A stretch of DNA of 58,782 bases from Gammaproteobacteria bacterium (lineage in GTDB: Bacteria > Pseudomonadota > Gammaproteobacteria > JACCXJ01): assembly GCA_050740755.1 (NCBI GenBank), contig JBOIDT010000001.1, forward strand, positions 1 to 58,782, in the 5' to 3' direction. Each line of letters opens with the position of its first letter. Position 1 is the first letter of the stretch. Shown here one piece after another: positions 19,191-28,043 of the stretch. Below the pieces are notes generated by a model. It was not told where the DNA came from and ran no database searches. It worked only from the letters and a program-made list of their open reading frames with translations. A program made the translations under genes and the position numbers.

Positions 19191-22121
19191 ATGAGCGCCG
19201 AGTTCTGGACCAGCCACGGCCAGTACGGCCTGGTCCACAAGGCCGCCGGCCCGAGTACCGATGTGATGGTGCTGTTCATCCACGGTGTGTTCGGGGACTG
19301 CCGCCGGACCTGGGGCCGGATGCCCCAGTGGGTGCTCGATGCCGCGGGTCTCGACCTCGATGTCGCCTCCTTTTCGTATCCGTCGCGGCTCTGGGAGCGG
19401 ACCGCGATCACGCCGGCGGCCGATGATCTCAAGACCTGGTTGGAGACGGAGCTCAAGGACTATCGCCACCTCCTGTTCGTGACTCACAGCACCGGGGGGC
19501 TCGTGGTCAAGGAGATGTTGCGACGTGGGTATCGGGACGGCCGCGGCCTCTCGCCGGACTCGGACCCCGACGCCTTGCCGTCCCTGTGGCTGCGCACCCG
19601 GCGCATCATCAACATCGCCGTGCCCCATCGGGGCGGGGATCCGCTCATGGCCGGGTTCGGCAAGGTGGCCTACGCGACGGTGTATCCGCTCATGGCGCCG
19701 ATGCTGCGGCTCGTCCGTTTCGTCACCCAGGGGGGAAAGGACTGGGGCAGGAACGAGATCATCGCGGTGCTGCGCTGGCAGAACCCCTGGCTGCTGGCGC
19801 TCGAGCGCGAGTTCATGGAGGCCGTCGCCGGCGTGGGCGGCCTGGGGCTACCGGTACCCGTGACCCATGACATCTACGCCAAGTCCGACCTCTCGGTGCC
19901 CATCCAGGTCGCCGATCAGGACCGCGACATCTATTTCCGCGGCACCCACGGGTCCGTCAAGGTCCCGAAGCGTCCCAACGCGCCCATCGTGAGCATCGTG
20001 GCGGGTTTCGTCGGGCGTTACGGTGCCGATCCGGCCCTGCAGGTGGTGGAGCGAACCCTGGTGCGGGTCGCGGAGGTCAACCGGGTGGCGGGCACGACGG
20101 CACTCATCGACCAGGTGGCCGGAGAAGCGGCGCCCGCGAACCGCGCCGTGGCCACCGCCAACGCCGCCTCCCTCGGCACCCAGGAGGACATCTGCGCGCT
20201 GGTCTCTGAGCGGCTCATGCAGGGCGGAGAACGGCCGCGCCAGATCGTCGTCACCGGTGCCGCGGGGGTGGGCAAGTCGGCCGTGATGCGCATGCTCGCC
20301 TGGCGTCTGGGCCGCATCTATCTGGCGCAGCCGGGCGCCGCGACCCCGTTTCCGCTCTTCATCCCCATGCAGCAGGTCACGCTGGCGCGCGAAGAACCAC
20401 CCGCGGGACGCTTGTGGGAGACCCTGTGGGCGTGGTGGTCGGCGTGGGTTACACACCTCTATCCCGGTCGTCGGTACCGGTCCGAGTGGATCGAGGACGT
20501 GTTTCGCAACCGGGCCGTCACCGTGATCCTCGACGGGGTGGACGATTTTCTGGTCAATCATCCGACCATCGGCCTGTCGTCCGTCGTCGATACCTTGCGG
20601 GGCGTCGTGACCCGCTATCGCGACAATCCGCGCTTCGCGATCGTGGCGGCGGTCCGCAGCGGACTGCACGGCCTGGAACGCCTGGCCAGCGACCCGCGCG
20701 ATGTCCTGGAGGTCCTACGCCTCACGGTCCCCCAGGCGGAGCGGAGCTTCCCCGCCTGCAAGCGCTGGCTGTCGCGGGTTACCGATCCGCGCATCCTCGA
20801 ACTCGTGCTCACGCCCCTCATCCTGAGGAACTTCGAACCCGACACCGAGCATGCCTTCGGTGCCCGGTCGCTGACCGCGGGTACGATCATGGATGAGACC
20901 ATTCGCACCATGCTGCGGCGCAGTCATCTGGTCGGCCTGCCCGCGGCGGACGGCGCGACGGTCGAGATCGACCATCTCCTCGATGCCCTCACCCTGGTCG
21001 CCTGGCTGTTCTTCTACAAGCACCGCGGCGAGATCGATACCGAGACCCTGCTCGCCGAGGCGCGGACGGTGGTGGAACGCTGGCGGGCGGAGCTTGCCTC
21101 CGAGCCGGCGCCCGCGGGGGGCGGCAGCGACGTCCTGTTCGGCTTCGGTCTGGTCGGGCACCGCACCACCTGCACGGCGATCACCCAGCGCACGGTGTTC
21201 GTCTCGACCGGCCCGGACAAGGTCCGATTCATCCATCGGAGCTGGCAGGAGTTCCTGCTCGCCCGCTATTTCGTCCTGTGCCTCAGGTGGGGGTGTGTCG
21301 CCGATTTCGGGGTCACGGCCTTCAACTCGCACATCTACCGCATGGCGGGCGAGGGATTCCGGGATGTCACGATCAGCGAGGGGCAGGTGCGTTCGGTGCT
21401 GGAGGCCTGGCGGCACTCCAAGAACACCTATATCAGCGGCAATGTGATCGCCTTCCTGGCCTGGACCGAGACCGCCGTGGACCCGAGCGCCATCCAACTC
21501 CTGCTCGAAGAGCTTGCCCAGTTCGAGCCCTTGTCGCGGGTGGTCGCGATCGCCGGTCTAGGGTACCGGGTGCTGCTCAACAGCGGTACCGACCGATCTC
21601 TGGGCGACCTGCGGCGCGCCCTGTTTCCCAAACTCCGGCTGTTCTCGAACCCGGATACGACCCCGGTCAGAGACCCGGTGGCTTGCAGCCTCGCATGGTG
21701 CTACCAGAAGGCCTTCGCGGGACTGTTCGGCCTGCCGAAACCCGAGGTCCCATGGCCTCGCATCGGCTTTTCGGACGCCGAGACCGCCGCCGCATTGCCG
21801 ATGATCTGCACCGTCTCCGACGGGACGGCGGTGGTCGATGCGCGCTCTCGATCGCTGCAGCTCGCCTTCTTGGTCCCGATCCTCGATGCCTATCACGATC
21901 CCAAGCTCGCGATCCGCGCGCTGCATTACCTGTATTATCTCGTCGTCGCCCGCAAGCACGGCGTACATGTGTTCGAGTTGTCGCAGGAGTTGCCGCAGCT
22001 CCTGAAACCGGGCTGCGCGTTCGAGAAGGTGATAGCGTCCTTCGTCGTGGTGCCCGAGGTCTTGGAGCTTTACCGCGCCTGCCAGGCGCTGCATGCGGGC
22101 CTGGAGGCGGGCACCGCTTGA
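19191..22121 (+). CDS. STAND NTPase: N-terminal alpha/beta-hydrolase (esterase/lipase-like) domain fused to a NACHT domain and an alpha-helical C-terminal region (bacterial NLR-like)
   Basis: Hydrolase motifs are VLFIHGVFGD (oxyanion HG), LLFVTHSTGG (nucleophile elbow, Ser100), SDLSVP (Asp) and GTHGS (His). NACHT motifs are Walker A VVTGAAGVGKS (aa 353-363), Walker B VTVILDGVDDF (aa 443-453), FAIVAAVR, LTPLIL and FIHRSWQEFLLARYF. The final ~250 aa are helical with no LRR, WD40 or TPR periodicity visible. Confidence 0.85.
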   Translation: MSAEFWTSHGQYGLVHKAAGPSTDVMVLFIHGVFGDCRRTWGRMPQWVLDAAGLDLDVASFSYPSRLWERTAITPAADDLKTWLETELKDYRHLLFVTHSTGGLVVKEMLRRGYRDGRGLSPDSDPDALPSLWLRTRRIINIAVPHRGGDPLMAGFGKVAYATVYPLMAPMLRLVRFVTQGGKDWGRNEIIAVLRWQNPWLLALEREFMEAVAGVGGLGLPVPVTHDIYAKSDLSVPIQVADQDRDIYFRGTHGSVKVPKRPNAPIVSIVAGFVGRYGADPALQVVERTLVRVAEVNRVAGTTALIDQVAGEAAPANRAVATANAASLGTQEDICALVSERLMQGGERPRQIVVTGAAGVGKSAVMRMLAWRLGRIYLAQPGAATPFPLFIPMQQVTLAREEPPAGRLWETLWAWWSAWVTHLYPGRRYRSEWIEDVFRNRAVTVILDGVDDFLVNHPTIGLSSVVDTLRGVVTRYRDNPRFAIVAAVRSGLHGLERLASDPRDVLEVLRLTVPQAERSFPACKRWLSRVTDPRILELVLTPLILRNFEPDTEHAFGARSLTAGTIMDETIRTMLRRSHLVGLPAADGATVEIDHLLDALTLVAWLFFYKHRGEIDTETLLAEARTVVERWRAELASEPAPAGGGSDVLFGFGLVGHRTTCTAITQRTVFVSTGPDKVRFIHRSWQEFLLARYFVLCLRWGCVADFGVTAFNSHIYRMAGEGFRDVTISEGQVRSVLEAWRHSKNTYISGNVIAFLAWTETAVDPSAIQLLLEELAQFEPLSRVVAIAGLGYRVLLNSGTDRSLGDLRRALFPKLRLFSNPDTTPVRDPVACSLAWCYQKAFAGLFGLPKPEVPWPRIGFSDAETAAALPMICTVSDGTAVVDARSRSLQLAFLVPILDAYHDPKLAIRALHYLYYLVVARKHGVHVFELSQELPQLLKPGCAFEKVIASFVVVPEVLELYRACQALHAGLEAGTA

Positions 22122-22156
22122 TCATGGCCGATTGATCCTTGGGCCGAGCTCGAGAC

Positions 22157-23407
22157 ATGCGCATCGCCCTCTTCACCGATACCTTCCTCCCGCAAGTCAA
22201 CGGTGTCGTGCGCTCGGTCGTGACCACCGCCAACGAGTTGGTGTGCCGCGGGCATGCGGTCGCCGTGTTCACCATGGATGTGCGCAAGATCGAGGGCGGA
22301 TCCCGAGGCGAGTTGGACGAGCGTGTCCTCGTGCTCCCGTTCCGGTCGTTCACCTTGCCCGGCTTCGGGCACATCCAGGCGCGCTTCCCGACGGTGGTGC
22401 GCCCACTCGCCGAGCTCCGGCGCTTTCGGCCGGACGTCATCCACCTGCACACCATCTTCACGGTCGGCTGGGAGGCCGTGGCGTGCGCCAAGCTCCTGGG
22501 CTGCCCCTTGATGGGCAGCCACCACGGTTTCCTGGCCGAGTATCTCAGCAACTTTCGGCTCGATTACGCGGTGATCAAACGCCTGCTCCGGCGCTATCTG
22601 GCGTTCTTCTACAACCGCTGCTCGGCGGTGATCACCCCCGCTCGCGCGCTGGAACGCGAACTCCTGGAGCACGGGCTCCGGCGCCCGGTCCACGTCTTAT
22701 CCAACCCGATCGACCTCGGGCGTTTTTCTACCACGGTGCACAAGGCCGCGCTACGTGCCCGGTTCGGGATGGACCGGCCGACCGCCGTCCACGTCGGCAG
22801 GCTCGTGGAGCAGAAGCGCGTCGATGTCCTGCTCGCGGGGTTCGCCCGACTGCGCTCCGGCGGACTGGATGCGGATCTCATGATCATCGGCGACGGGCGC
22901 GAGCGGCCGAGGCTCGAGGCACTGGCCATGCGCTTGGGGATCTTCGACCGGGTCGTGTGGACCGGCATGCTGCATGGGGTGCCCTTGGTCGAGCGGCTCG
23001 CGGCGTGCGATGTCTTCGTATCCGCCTCGACGACCGAGGTCCAACCGCTGGTGTTCCTCGAGGCCATGGCGCTTGGGCTTCCCGCCATCGGTGCGCGGGC
23101 GGGCGGGGTGCCCGAGTTGGTGAGGGATGGGAGCAGCGGTTGCGTCGTGACCCCCGACGACCCCGAGGCCCTCGCCCAGGCCATGCGCAAGCTCCTGACG
23201 GATGACGCCTTGCGGGGTGCCTTGGGCGATGGTGCCCGCGAGGTTGTAAAATCCTTCGAGGCGGGCCAGGTCGTGGCCGAGCTCGTGGGGCTCTATGAAG
23301 ATATCTGTTCGGAGAGGCCGGAGCGTTCGAATCTCCCTGCCGTCGCTGCCGCCGGTGGCGCGAACGCCGTTCGGGCCAAGCCGCCCACCCGTAATTCTCT
23401 GCGCTAG
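22157..23407 (+). CDS. Glycosyltransferase, GT4/GT-B family
   Basis: MRIALFTDTFLPQVNGVVRSV...; the C-terminal half has the EX7E-type region (...ASTTEVQPLVFLEAMALGLPAIG...GGVPELV). Confidence 0.85.
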   Translation: MRIALFTDTFLPQVNGVVRSVVTTANELVCRGHAVAVFTMDVRKIEGGSRGELDERVLVLPFRSFTLPGFGHIQARFPTVVRPLAELRRFRPDVIHLHTIFTVGWEAVACAKLLGCPLMGSHHGFLAEYLSNFRLDYAVIKRLLRRYLAFFYNRCSAVITPARALERELLEHGLRRPVHVLSNPIDLGRFSTTVHKAALRARFGMDRPTAVHVGRLVEQKRVDVLLAGFARLRSGGLDADLMIIGDGRERPRLEALAMRLGIFDRVVWTGMLHGVPLVERLAACDVFVSASTTEVQPLVFLEAMALGLPAIGARAGGVPELVRDGSSGCVVTPDDPEALAQAMRKLLTDDALRGALGDGAREVVKSFEAGQVVAELVGLYEDICSERPERSNLPAVAAAGGANAVRAKPPTRNSLR

Positions 23408-23419
23408 GAGGTGCGTGTC

Positions 23420-23854
23420 ATGAAGGTAGAAGACATCGTCAGGGTCAAGGGCGCCGCGGTGTTCACCTTGCCGGCCGACGAGACCATTGCGGTCGCGGCG
23501 AAGCGTATGATGGAACAACGCATCGGGGCCGTGGTCGTGTGCGACGGGGATGGCCGGCCGCGGGGGGTGCTCTCCGAAAGGGATGTCGTTCACGGGCTCG
23601 CGAGCCATGGGAGAGAGGTCCTGGGGATGCCCATCCAGGCCCTCATGCGGGCCGAGGTCGTCACCTGCAACCCATTGGATTCACTGTTGAAGCTGATGGC
23701 CTTGATGACCGATCGGCGGATGCGGCACGTGCCCGTGACCGGTGCCGATGGGCGCTTGTGCGGGATCGTCAGCATCGGAGATGCGGTCAAGGCCAGGACG
23801 GAGGAGATCGAGGCCGAGGCCCGCGCATTGCGCGACTACATTTCCATGAGCTAG
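23420..23854 (+). CDS. CBS-pair domain protein
   Basis: AGGAGG 9 nt upstream of ATG 23420. Two CBS motifs: IGAVVVCDGDGRPRGVLSERDVV and RHVPVTGADGRLCGIVSIGDAV. Confidence 0.85.
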   Translation: MKVEDIVRVKGAAVFTLPADETIAVAAKRMMEQRIGAVVVCDGDGRPRGVLSERDVVHGLASHGREVLGMPIQALMRAEVVTCNPLDSLLKLMALMTDRRMRHVPVTGADGRLCGIVSIGDAVKARTEEIEAEARALRDYISMS

Positions 23855-24101
23855 GGCCACCCGTGTCTCGTCCGGCACAGCGTCGATGGCCGGTCGTGCC
23901 CCCGCGGTGAGGTCGATTGCCGCGTCCGCGCCTGCGGCGCCGGATCTCCGCGAACCTCGCCGGGCATGCTCGAACCGGGCGTGCGCGCGTGCAGGGCCCG
24001 TATCTATTTGAGAACTGGAGAATATCGATCGGGCAGGCTACCCCGGACGGCGGCCGGCGCCGGGCCCGGCGTGGCAGCAGGAACGAGCGCGTCCGGGTGG
24101 C

Positions 24102-24129
24102 TTGACATGCCGTCTTCGCTTGATAGACT
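24102..24129 (+). promoter_or_regulatory. Putative sigma70 promoter of pmoCAB (TTGACA-16 nt-TAGACT)
   Basis: A perfect -35 and a 4/6 -10. It implies a 5' UTR of ~120 nt before pmoC. Confidence 0.45.
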
Positions 24130-24257
24130 TAAACCATCTACGGATCCACACCGTTTCCCGTGAAGAGAGGGGCGAGGGGGTGGCTCTGTAAGACGGACTT
24201 CATGCCCGGAGCAGCGCTGGGATGGAGGTTGATTCACCAAAATAGGAGGCAAAGAAA

Positions 24258-25025
24258 ATGGCAGCATCACAAGCTGTTGCGAGTCAAGTCACGGCCGCAA
24301 AGGCCCATAGTTACCTCAACTCGAGGAACCTGTGGCTCATGGTCGGCGGGTTTACCTTCTTCAACCTGTTTGTGCGTTGGTATGAAGAAGTCTACGGCTG
24401 GTCCGCGGGGCTGGACGCGTTCGCGCCGGAGTTCAAGACCTATTGGATGAACTGGTTGTACATCGAAACGGCGCTATATATCCCGTTGTTCGCCGCCATC
24501 GGCGGATACCTGTGGAAGACCCGCATCCGGGATATGGATGCCCTGACGTCGAGTGAGGTTCTGACGAACCATTTCCATCACTTGGTGTGGTTGGTCGCCT
24601 ACGGCGTCGCTATTTATTGGGGCGCCAGCTTCTACACCGAGCAGGATGGTACGTGGCACCAGACCGTCATCCGTGACACGGACTTCACGCCCAGCCACAT
24701 CATCGAGTTCTACATGAGCTACCCGATCTACATTCTCACGGGTTGGGGTGCCTTCATGTATGCTCGGACCCGGATCCCCTGCTTCTCGAAGGGAGTGTCT
24801 CTGCCGTACCTGGTCGTGGTCGTCGGACCCTTCATGATCCTCCCGAACGTCGGCCTCAACGAGTGGGGTCACACCTTCTGGTGGATGGAAGAGCTGTTCG
24901 TAGCCCCGTTGCACTACGGCTTCGTGTTCTTCGGCTGGATGGCGTTGGGCCTTTGCGGCCTGCTCTGCCAGATCTTCGACGATATCGGTGGTATCGTCGG
25001 GCCGACCTTGAAGCAGACGAGCTAA
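24258..25025 (+). CDS. pmoC: Particulate methane monooxygenase subunit C
   Basis: AGGAGG-type SD upstream. WYEEVYGWSAGLDAFAPEFKTYWMNWLY...TEQDGTWHQTVIRDTDFTPSHIIEFYMSYPIY...EWGHTFWWMEELFVAPLHYGFV. These are the conserved PmoC/AmoC metal-site residues. Confidence 0.93.
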   Translation: MAASQAVASQVTAAKAHSYLNSRNLWLMVGGFTFFNLFVRWYEEVYGWSAGLDAFAPEFKTYWMNWLYIETALYIPLFAAIGGYLWKTRIRDMDALTSSEVLTNHFHHLVWLVAYGVAIYWGASFYTEQDGTWHQTVIRDTDFTPSHIIEFYMSYPIYILTGWGAFMYARTRIPCFSKGVSLPYLVVVVGPFMILPNVGLNEWGHTFWWMEELFVAPLHYGFVFFGWMALGLCGLLCQIFDDIGGIVGPTLKQTS

Positions 25026-25100
25026 GCGGCGCGTAAGCACGGAACGAGAGTAGCTCTCTGAGCCAGACGAGGCTCTGAGCAAGGAGACGGTGAGCTGTAT

Positions 25101-25137
25101 ACCGGCCGTTGTGCGATGACATCAACCAACGGCCGGT
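25101..25137 (+). promoter_or_regulatory. Intercistronic stem-loop in the pmoC-pmoA spacer
   Basis: A perfect 11-bp stem, ACCGGCCGTTG ... CAACGGCCGGT, with a 15-nt loop and no T-run. It is a candidate mRNA processing or stability element within the 226-nt spacer. Confidence 0.5.
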
Positions 25138-25251
25138 TCTACCGACCCCCCCAAGGGCTAGAAATGACAGGGGGGCGTTTCCGGTGCCCGGCTCCGCGGC
25201 TCTTTCGCTGCCCCGCTAAACCATAATTGATAAAACGAGGAGGCATCTATA

Positions 25252-25995
25252 ATGAGTTCCTATTCACCTGCGGTATTAACAAAAGCCGAGATAGTTCAGG
25301 CTTCCAGGACGGCCGACTGGCTGATCTTGGTCTTGTCGTTCCTGGTGTTCACGGGCGGGTTCCACGTCCATGCCATGCTGACGATGGGCGACTGGGACTT
25401 CTGGACGGACTGGAAGGATCGCCGTCTGTGGGTAACGGTGACGCCGATCATGTGCATCACCTTCCCTGCGGCGGCGCAATACTTCCTGTGGGGCAAGCTG
25501 CGCCTCCCCTTCGCGGCGACCTTCACCATCCTGGGGTTGTTGTTCGGCGAGTGGGTCAACCGTTACTTCAACTTCTGGGGTTGGACCTACTTCCCCATCA
25601 ACTTCGTGTGGGCCGCGACCTTGGTCCCGGGCGCCATCATCCTCGACGTCGTCCTGCTGTGGTCGAAAAGCTTCCTGGTCACGGCGGTGGTGGGCGGTCT
25701 CGGATTTGGCCTCATCTTCTATCCCGGTAACTGGGCCATGCTGGCGCCCCTGCACCAGCCGGTCGAGTACAACGGGATGGTCATGACCATCGCCGACATT
25801 CAGGGCTACCACTACGTGCGGACGGGTACGCCCGAATACATCCGCTTCGTCGAGAAGGGCACCTTGAGGACCTTCGGTAAGGACGTGGTGCCGGTTTCGG
25901 CCTTCTTCTCGGGGTTCATCTGCGTTCTCATCTATTTCATCTGGCACTTCTTCGGTCGTTGGTTCTGCACCACGAAGTACCTGAACGAGTACTAG
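25252..25995 (+). CDS. pmoA: Particulate methane monooxygenase subunit A
   Basis: HAMLTMGDWDFWTDWKDRRLWVTVTPI, NRYFNFWGWTYFPINFV, IFYPGNW and YVRTGTPEYIRFVEKGTLRTFGKDVVPVSAFFSGF. These are closer to my recollection of Methylococcus PmoA than of Nitrosococcus AmoA. Confidence 0.95.
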   Translation: MSSYSPAVLTKAEIVQASRTADWLILVLSFLVFTGGFHVHAMLTMGDWDFWTDWKDRRLWVTVTPIMCITFPAAAQYFLWGKLRLPFAATFTILGLLFGEWVNRYFNFWGWTYFPINFVWAATLVPGAIILDVVLLWSKSFLVTAVVGGLGFGLIFYPGNWAMLAPLHQPVEYNGMVMTIADIQGYHYVRTGTPEYIRFVEKGTLRTFGKDVVPVSAFFSGFICVLIYFIWHFFGRWFCTTKYLNEY

Positions 25996-26043
25996 ACCGC
26001 AGTCCGAAGAAACCCGAACCTAATAACACGATGAGGCTAAGAC

Positions 26044-27303
26044 ATGAGTAAGACAGCAATGATAAAGAAAGTCGGGCGCTGGGCCGCCGCGGGTCTCGCG
26101 ATGGTGGTCGGCGCCACGGGCCTGTATGCCCCGGAAGCATCGGCCCATGGTGAGAAGTCGCAGCAGGCATTCCTCCGGATGCGCACCATCCACTGGTACG
26201 ACCTCCGGTGGTCGACCGACAAGCTCACCGTCAACGACAAGATGACCGTCACCGGCAAGTTCCACGTGTTCAAGGGTTGGCCGGAAACGACGGCCAACCC
26301 CCAGTATTCGCCGGCCTTCCTAAACATCGGTATCCCGGGTCCGGTGTTTACACGGCAGGAGTCCTACATCGGCGGTCAGTTCGTGCCGCGTTCTGTCAAC
26401 CTGACGCTGGGTGAGAACTATACGTTCAAGGTGGTCATGCAGGCGCGCAGGCCCGGTCGCTGGCACGTGCATACGATGATGAACGTCGAAGCGGCGGGTC
26501 CCATCATCGGCCCAGGCAAGTGGGTGCAGATCGAGGGGTCGCTGGCGGATTATAAGAGCGAGATCAAGACCTTGACCGGCCGCTCCGAAGACGTCGAGCG
26601 GGTCGGAACGGCCGGGATCTGGGGCTGGAGCTGGTTCTGGTTCCTGTTCGGCTGCGCTTTCATCGCCTACTGGGCGGCGAAGCCCTTGTTCATCCCGCGT
26701 TACCTGGCGGTAAAGGAAGGGGTGCCGGAGGACGAGTTGGTGACACCGGCGGACGTGAAGGTGGGTATTGGCTTCATGGTTGCCGCGATCGTCATCGTGG
26801 CGGTCAGCTACTGGAACGCCAATGCCACGTACCCCGTCACGATACCGTTGCAAGCCGGCGTGATCGGCATCATGGACCCGATCCCGGCAGGGCCGGCGGG
26901 GGTTGAGATTGCCTTGGAGCAGGCGACCTACCGGGTGCCGGGCCGCGCCATCAGCATCAAGATCCGTGCGACGAACCGCGGTGCCACAGCGGTGCAGATA
27001 GCCGAGTTCGAGACGGCCGGCGTTCGGTTCTTGAACCCGACGGTGTACAAGGACGACACCAACTATCCACCCCAGCTCCTGGCACCGGAAGGCCTCACCG
27101 TGGATGACAACAGCCCGATCCTTCCGGGTCACTCCAAGATCCTGACGGTCACTTGCACCGACGCCGCCTGGGAGAACGAGCGCTTGGCCGACGTCATCTA
27201 TGACCCGGACAGCCGTTTCGGCGGGTTGTTCTTCTTCACCGACACCAGCGGGTTCCGGCACGTCGTGCCGGTCGGTGGCCCGCTGCTTCCGCGGTTCACC
27301 TAG
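26044..27303 (+). CDS. pmoB: Particulate methane monooxygenase subunit B
   Basis: Signal peptide ends in ASA, followed by HGEKSQQAFLRMRTIHWYDL (N-terminal His of the CuB site). Also HVHTMMNV and YDPDSRFGGLFFF. Confidence 0.95.
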   Translation: MSKTAMIKKVGRWAAAGLAMVVGATGLYAPEASAHGEKSQQAFLRMRTIHWYDLRWSTDKLTVNDKMTVTGKFHVFKGWPETTANPQYSPAFLNIGIPGPVFTRQESYIGGQFVPRSVNLTLGENYTFKVVMQARRPGRWHVHTMMNVEAAGPIIGPGKWVQIEGSLADYKSEIKTLTGRSEDVERVGTAGIWGWSWFWFLFGCAFIAYWAAKPLFIPRYLAVKEGVPEDELVTPADVKVGIGFMVAAIVIVAVSYWNANATYPVTIPLQAGVIGIMDPIPAGPAGVEIALEQATYRVPGRAISIKIRATNRGATAVQIAEFETAGVRFLNPTVYKDDTNYPPQLLAPEGLTVDDNSPILPGHSKILTVTCTDAAWENERLADVIYDPDSRFGGLFFFTDTSGFRHVVPVGGPLLPRFT

Positions 27304-27381
27304 ACGGAAGGGCAGGGTTTCCTGACCTGACGCGGAGCCCGATAACGACAACCAGGGGCTGGCTGCCCGCGTGAAGATCCA

Positions 27382-27412
27382 CCGCCCCCACTGTTGGGGG
27401 CGGTTTTTTTTT
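27382..27412 (+). terminator. Strong rho-independent terminator after pmoB
   Basis: CCGCCCCCA-ctgt-TGGGGGCGG followed by 9 T. Confidence 0.85.
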
Positions 27413-27475
27413 AGGGATGGCTGAAGGGGCGCGGGCCGCGGGCGGCCGGCGCGAGCGAGAGCAAGCGAGGTGCGT

Positions 27476-28036
27476 ATGAGATACCGGATAATGCGGTGGG
27501 TGATGGCCGCGGTAGCGCTGCTGGGGAGTTCACTCGCGCATGCCCATGGCGGCGCGGCAATCGAGTTCGATACGTGTGTGGTGGAGTTCGGGAAGTACCG
27601 GATGCACTTCACGGCCTATCAGCAGGCCACGGGCGGCGAGGAACATTGCTGGGACCTCCCGGCGCCGGGAAAGACCATCCTGGTTTTCGATTTCGCGGAT
27701 ACGGAGATGCGGAGCAAACCCGTCGAGCTCCGGGTCGTCGAGACGGGGGAAGGAGGCGAGATCGCGGTCGGGGGACCGATCAAGACGGTGGCGGAGGTTC
27801 CCACCAAGGTCTATCCCCAGGGGACGGTGACCCTGGAATCGGAGTTCGAGGCCGGAAAGCGCTACGTGGCCGTCCTTGTCATGAGCGACGCCCGGCCACT
27901 GGTGCTGAAAGCGCCCATCCAGGTCGTCCCAAAGGGTACCGGCCCCTACGTCATGATCGGGTTAGGGATCATGGTCATCGGGTCGGTGCTCTTTCTTGTT
28001 ATGAGGCTGCGACAGAGCCGCACGGAGACCGTTTAG
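27476..28036 (+). CDS. Exported protein with a predicted N-terminal His after signal cleavage and a C-terminal TM anchor. Possible PmoD/AmoD-like or other copper-binding protein (tentative).
   Basis: Signal peptide ...LLGSSLAHA followed by HGGAAIEFDTCVVEFGKYRMHF. A beta-rich domain of ~120 aa, then TM helix VMIGLGIMVIGSVLFLVM. The family assignment is not secure. Confidence 0.6.
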   Translation: MRYRIMRWVMAAVALLGSSLAHAHGGAAIEFDTCVVEFGKYRMHFTAYQQATGGEEHCWDLPAPGKTILVFDFADTEMRSKPVELRVVETGEGGEIAVGGPIKTVAEVPTKVYPQGTVTLESEFEAGKRYVAVLVMSDARPLVLKAPIQVVPKGTGPYVMIGLGIMVIGSVLFLVMRLRQSRTETV

Positions 28037-28043
28037 GGACAGG

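Noticed and set aside
23855-24257. Small ORFs (23917..24105, 23966..24163, 24160..24450) upstream of or overlapping pmoC
   Set aside because: Their composition is Arg-rich and they lack an SD. The region is better explained as the pmoC promoter and 5' UTR.
24258-27303. Alternative annotation as ammonia monooxygenase (amoCAB)
   Set aside because: The diagnostic PmoA stretches resemble methanotroph pMMO more than gammaproteobacterial AMO as far as I can recall. No hao/cyc genes are in view. This cannot be excluded without a phylogeny, so it is kept as a caveat in the findings.
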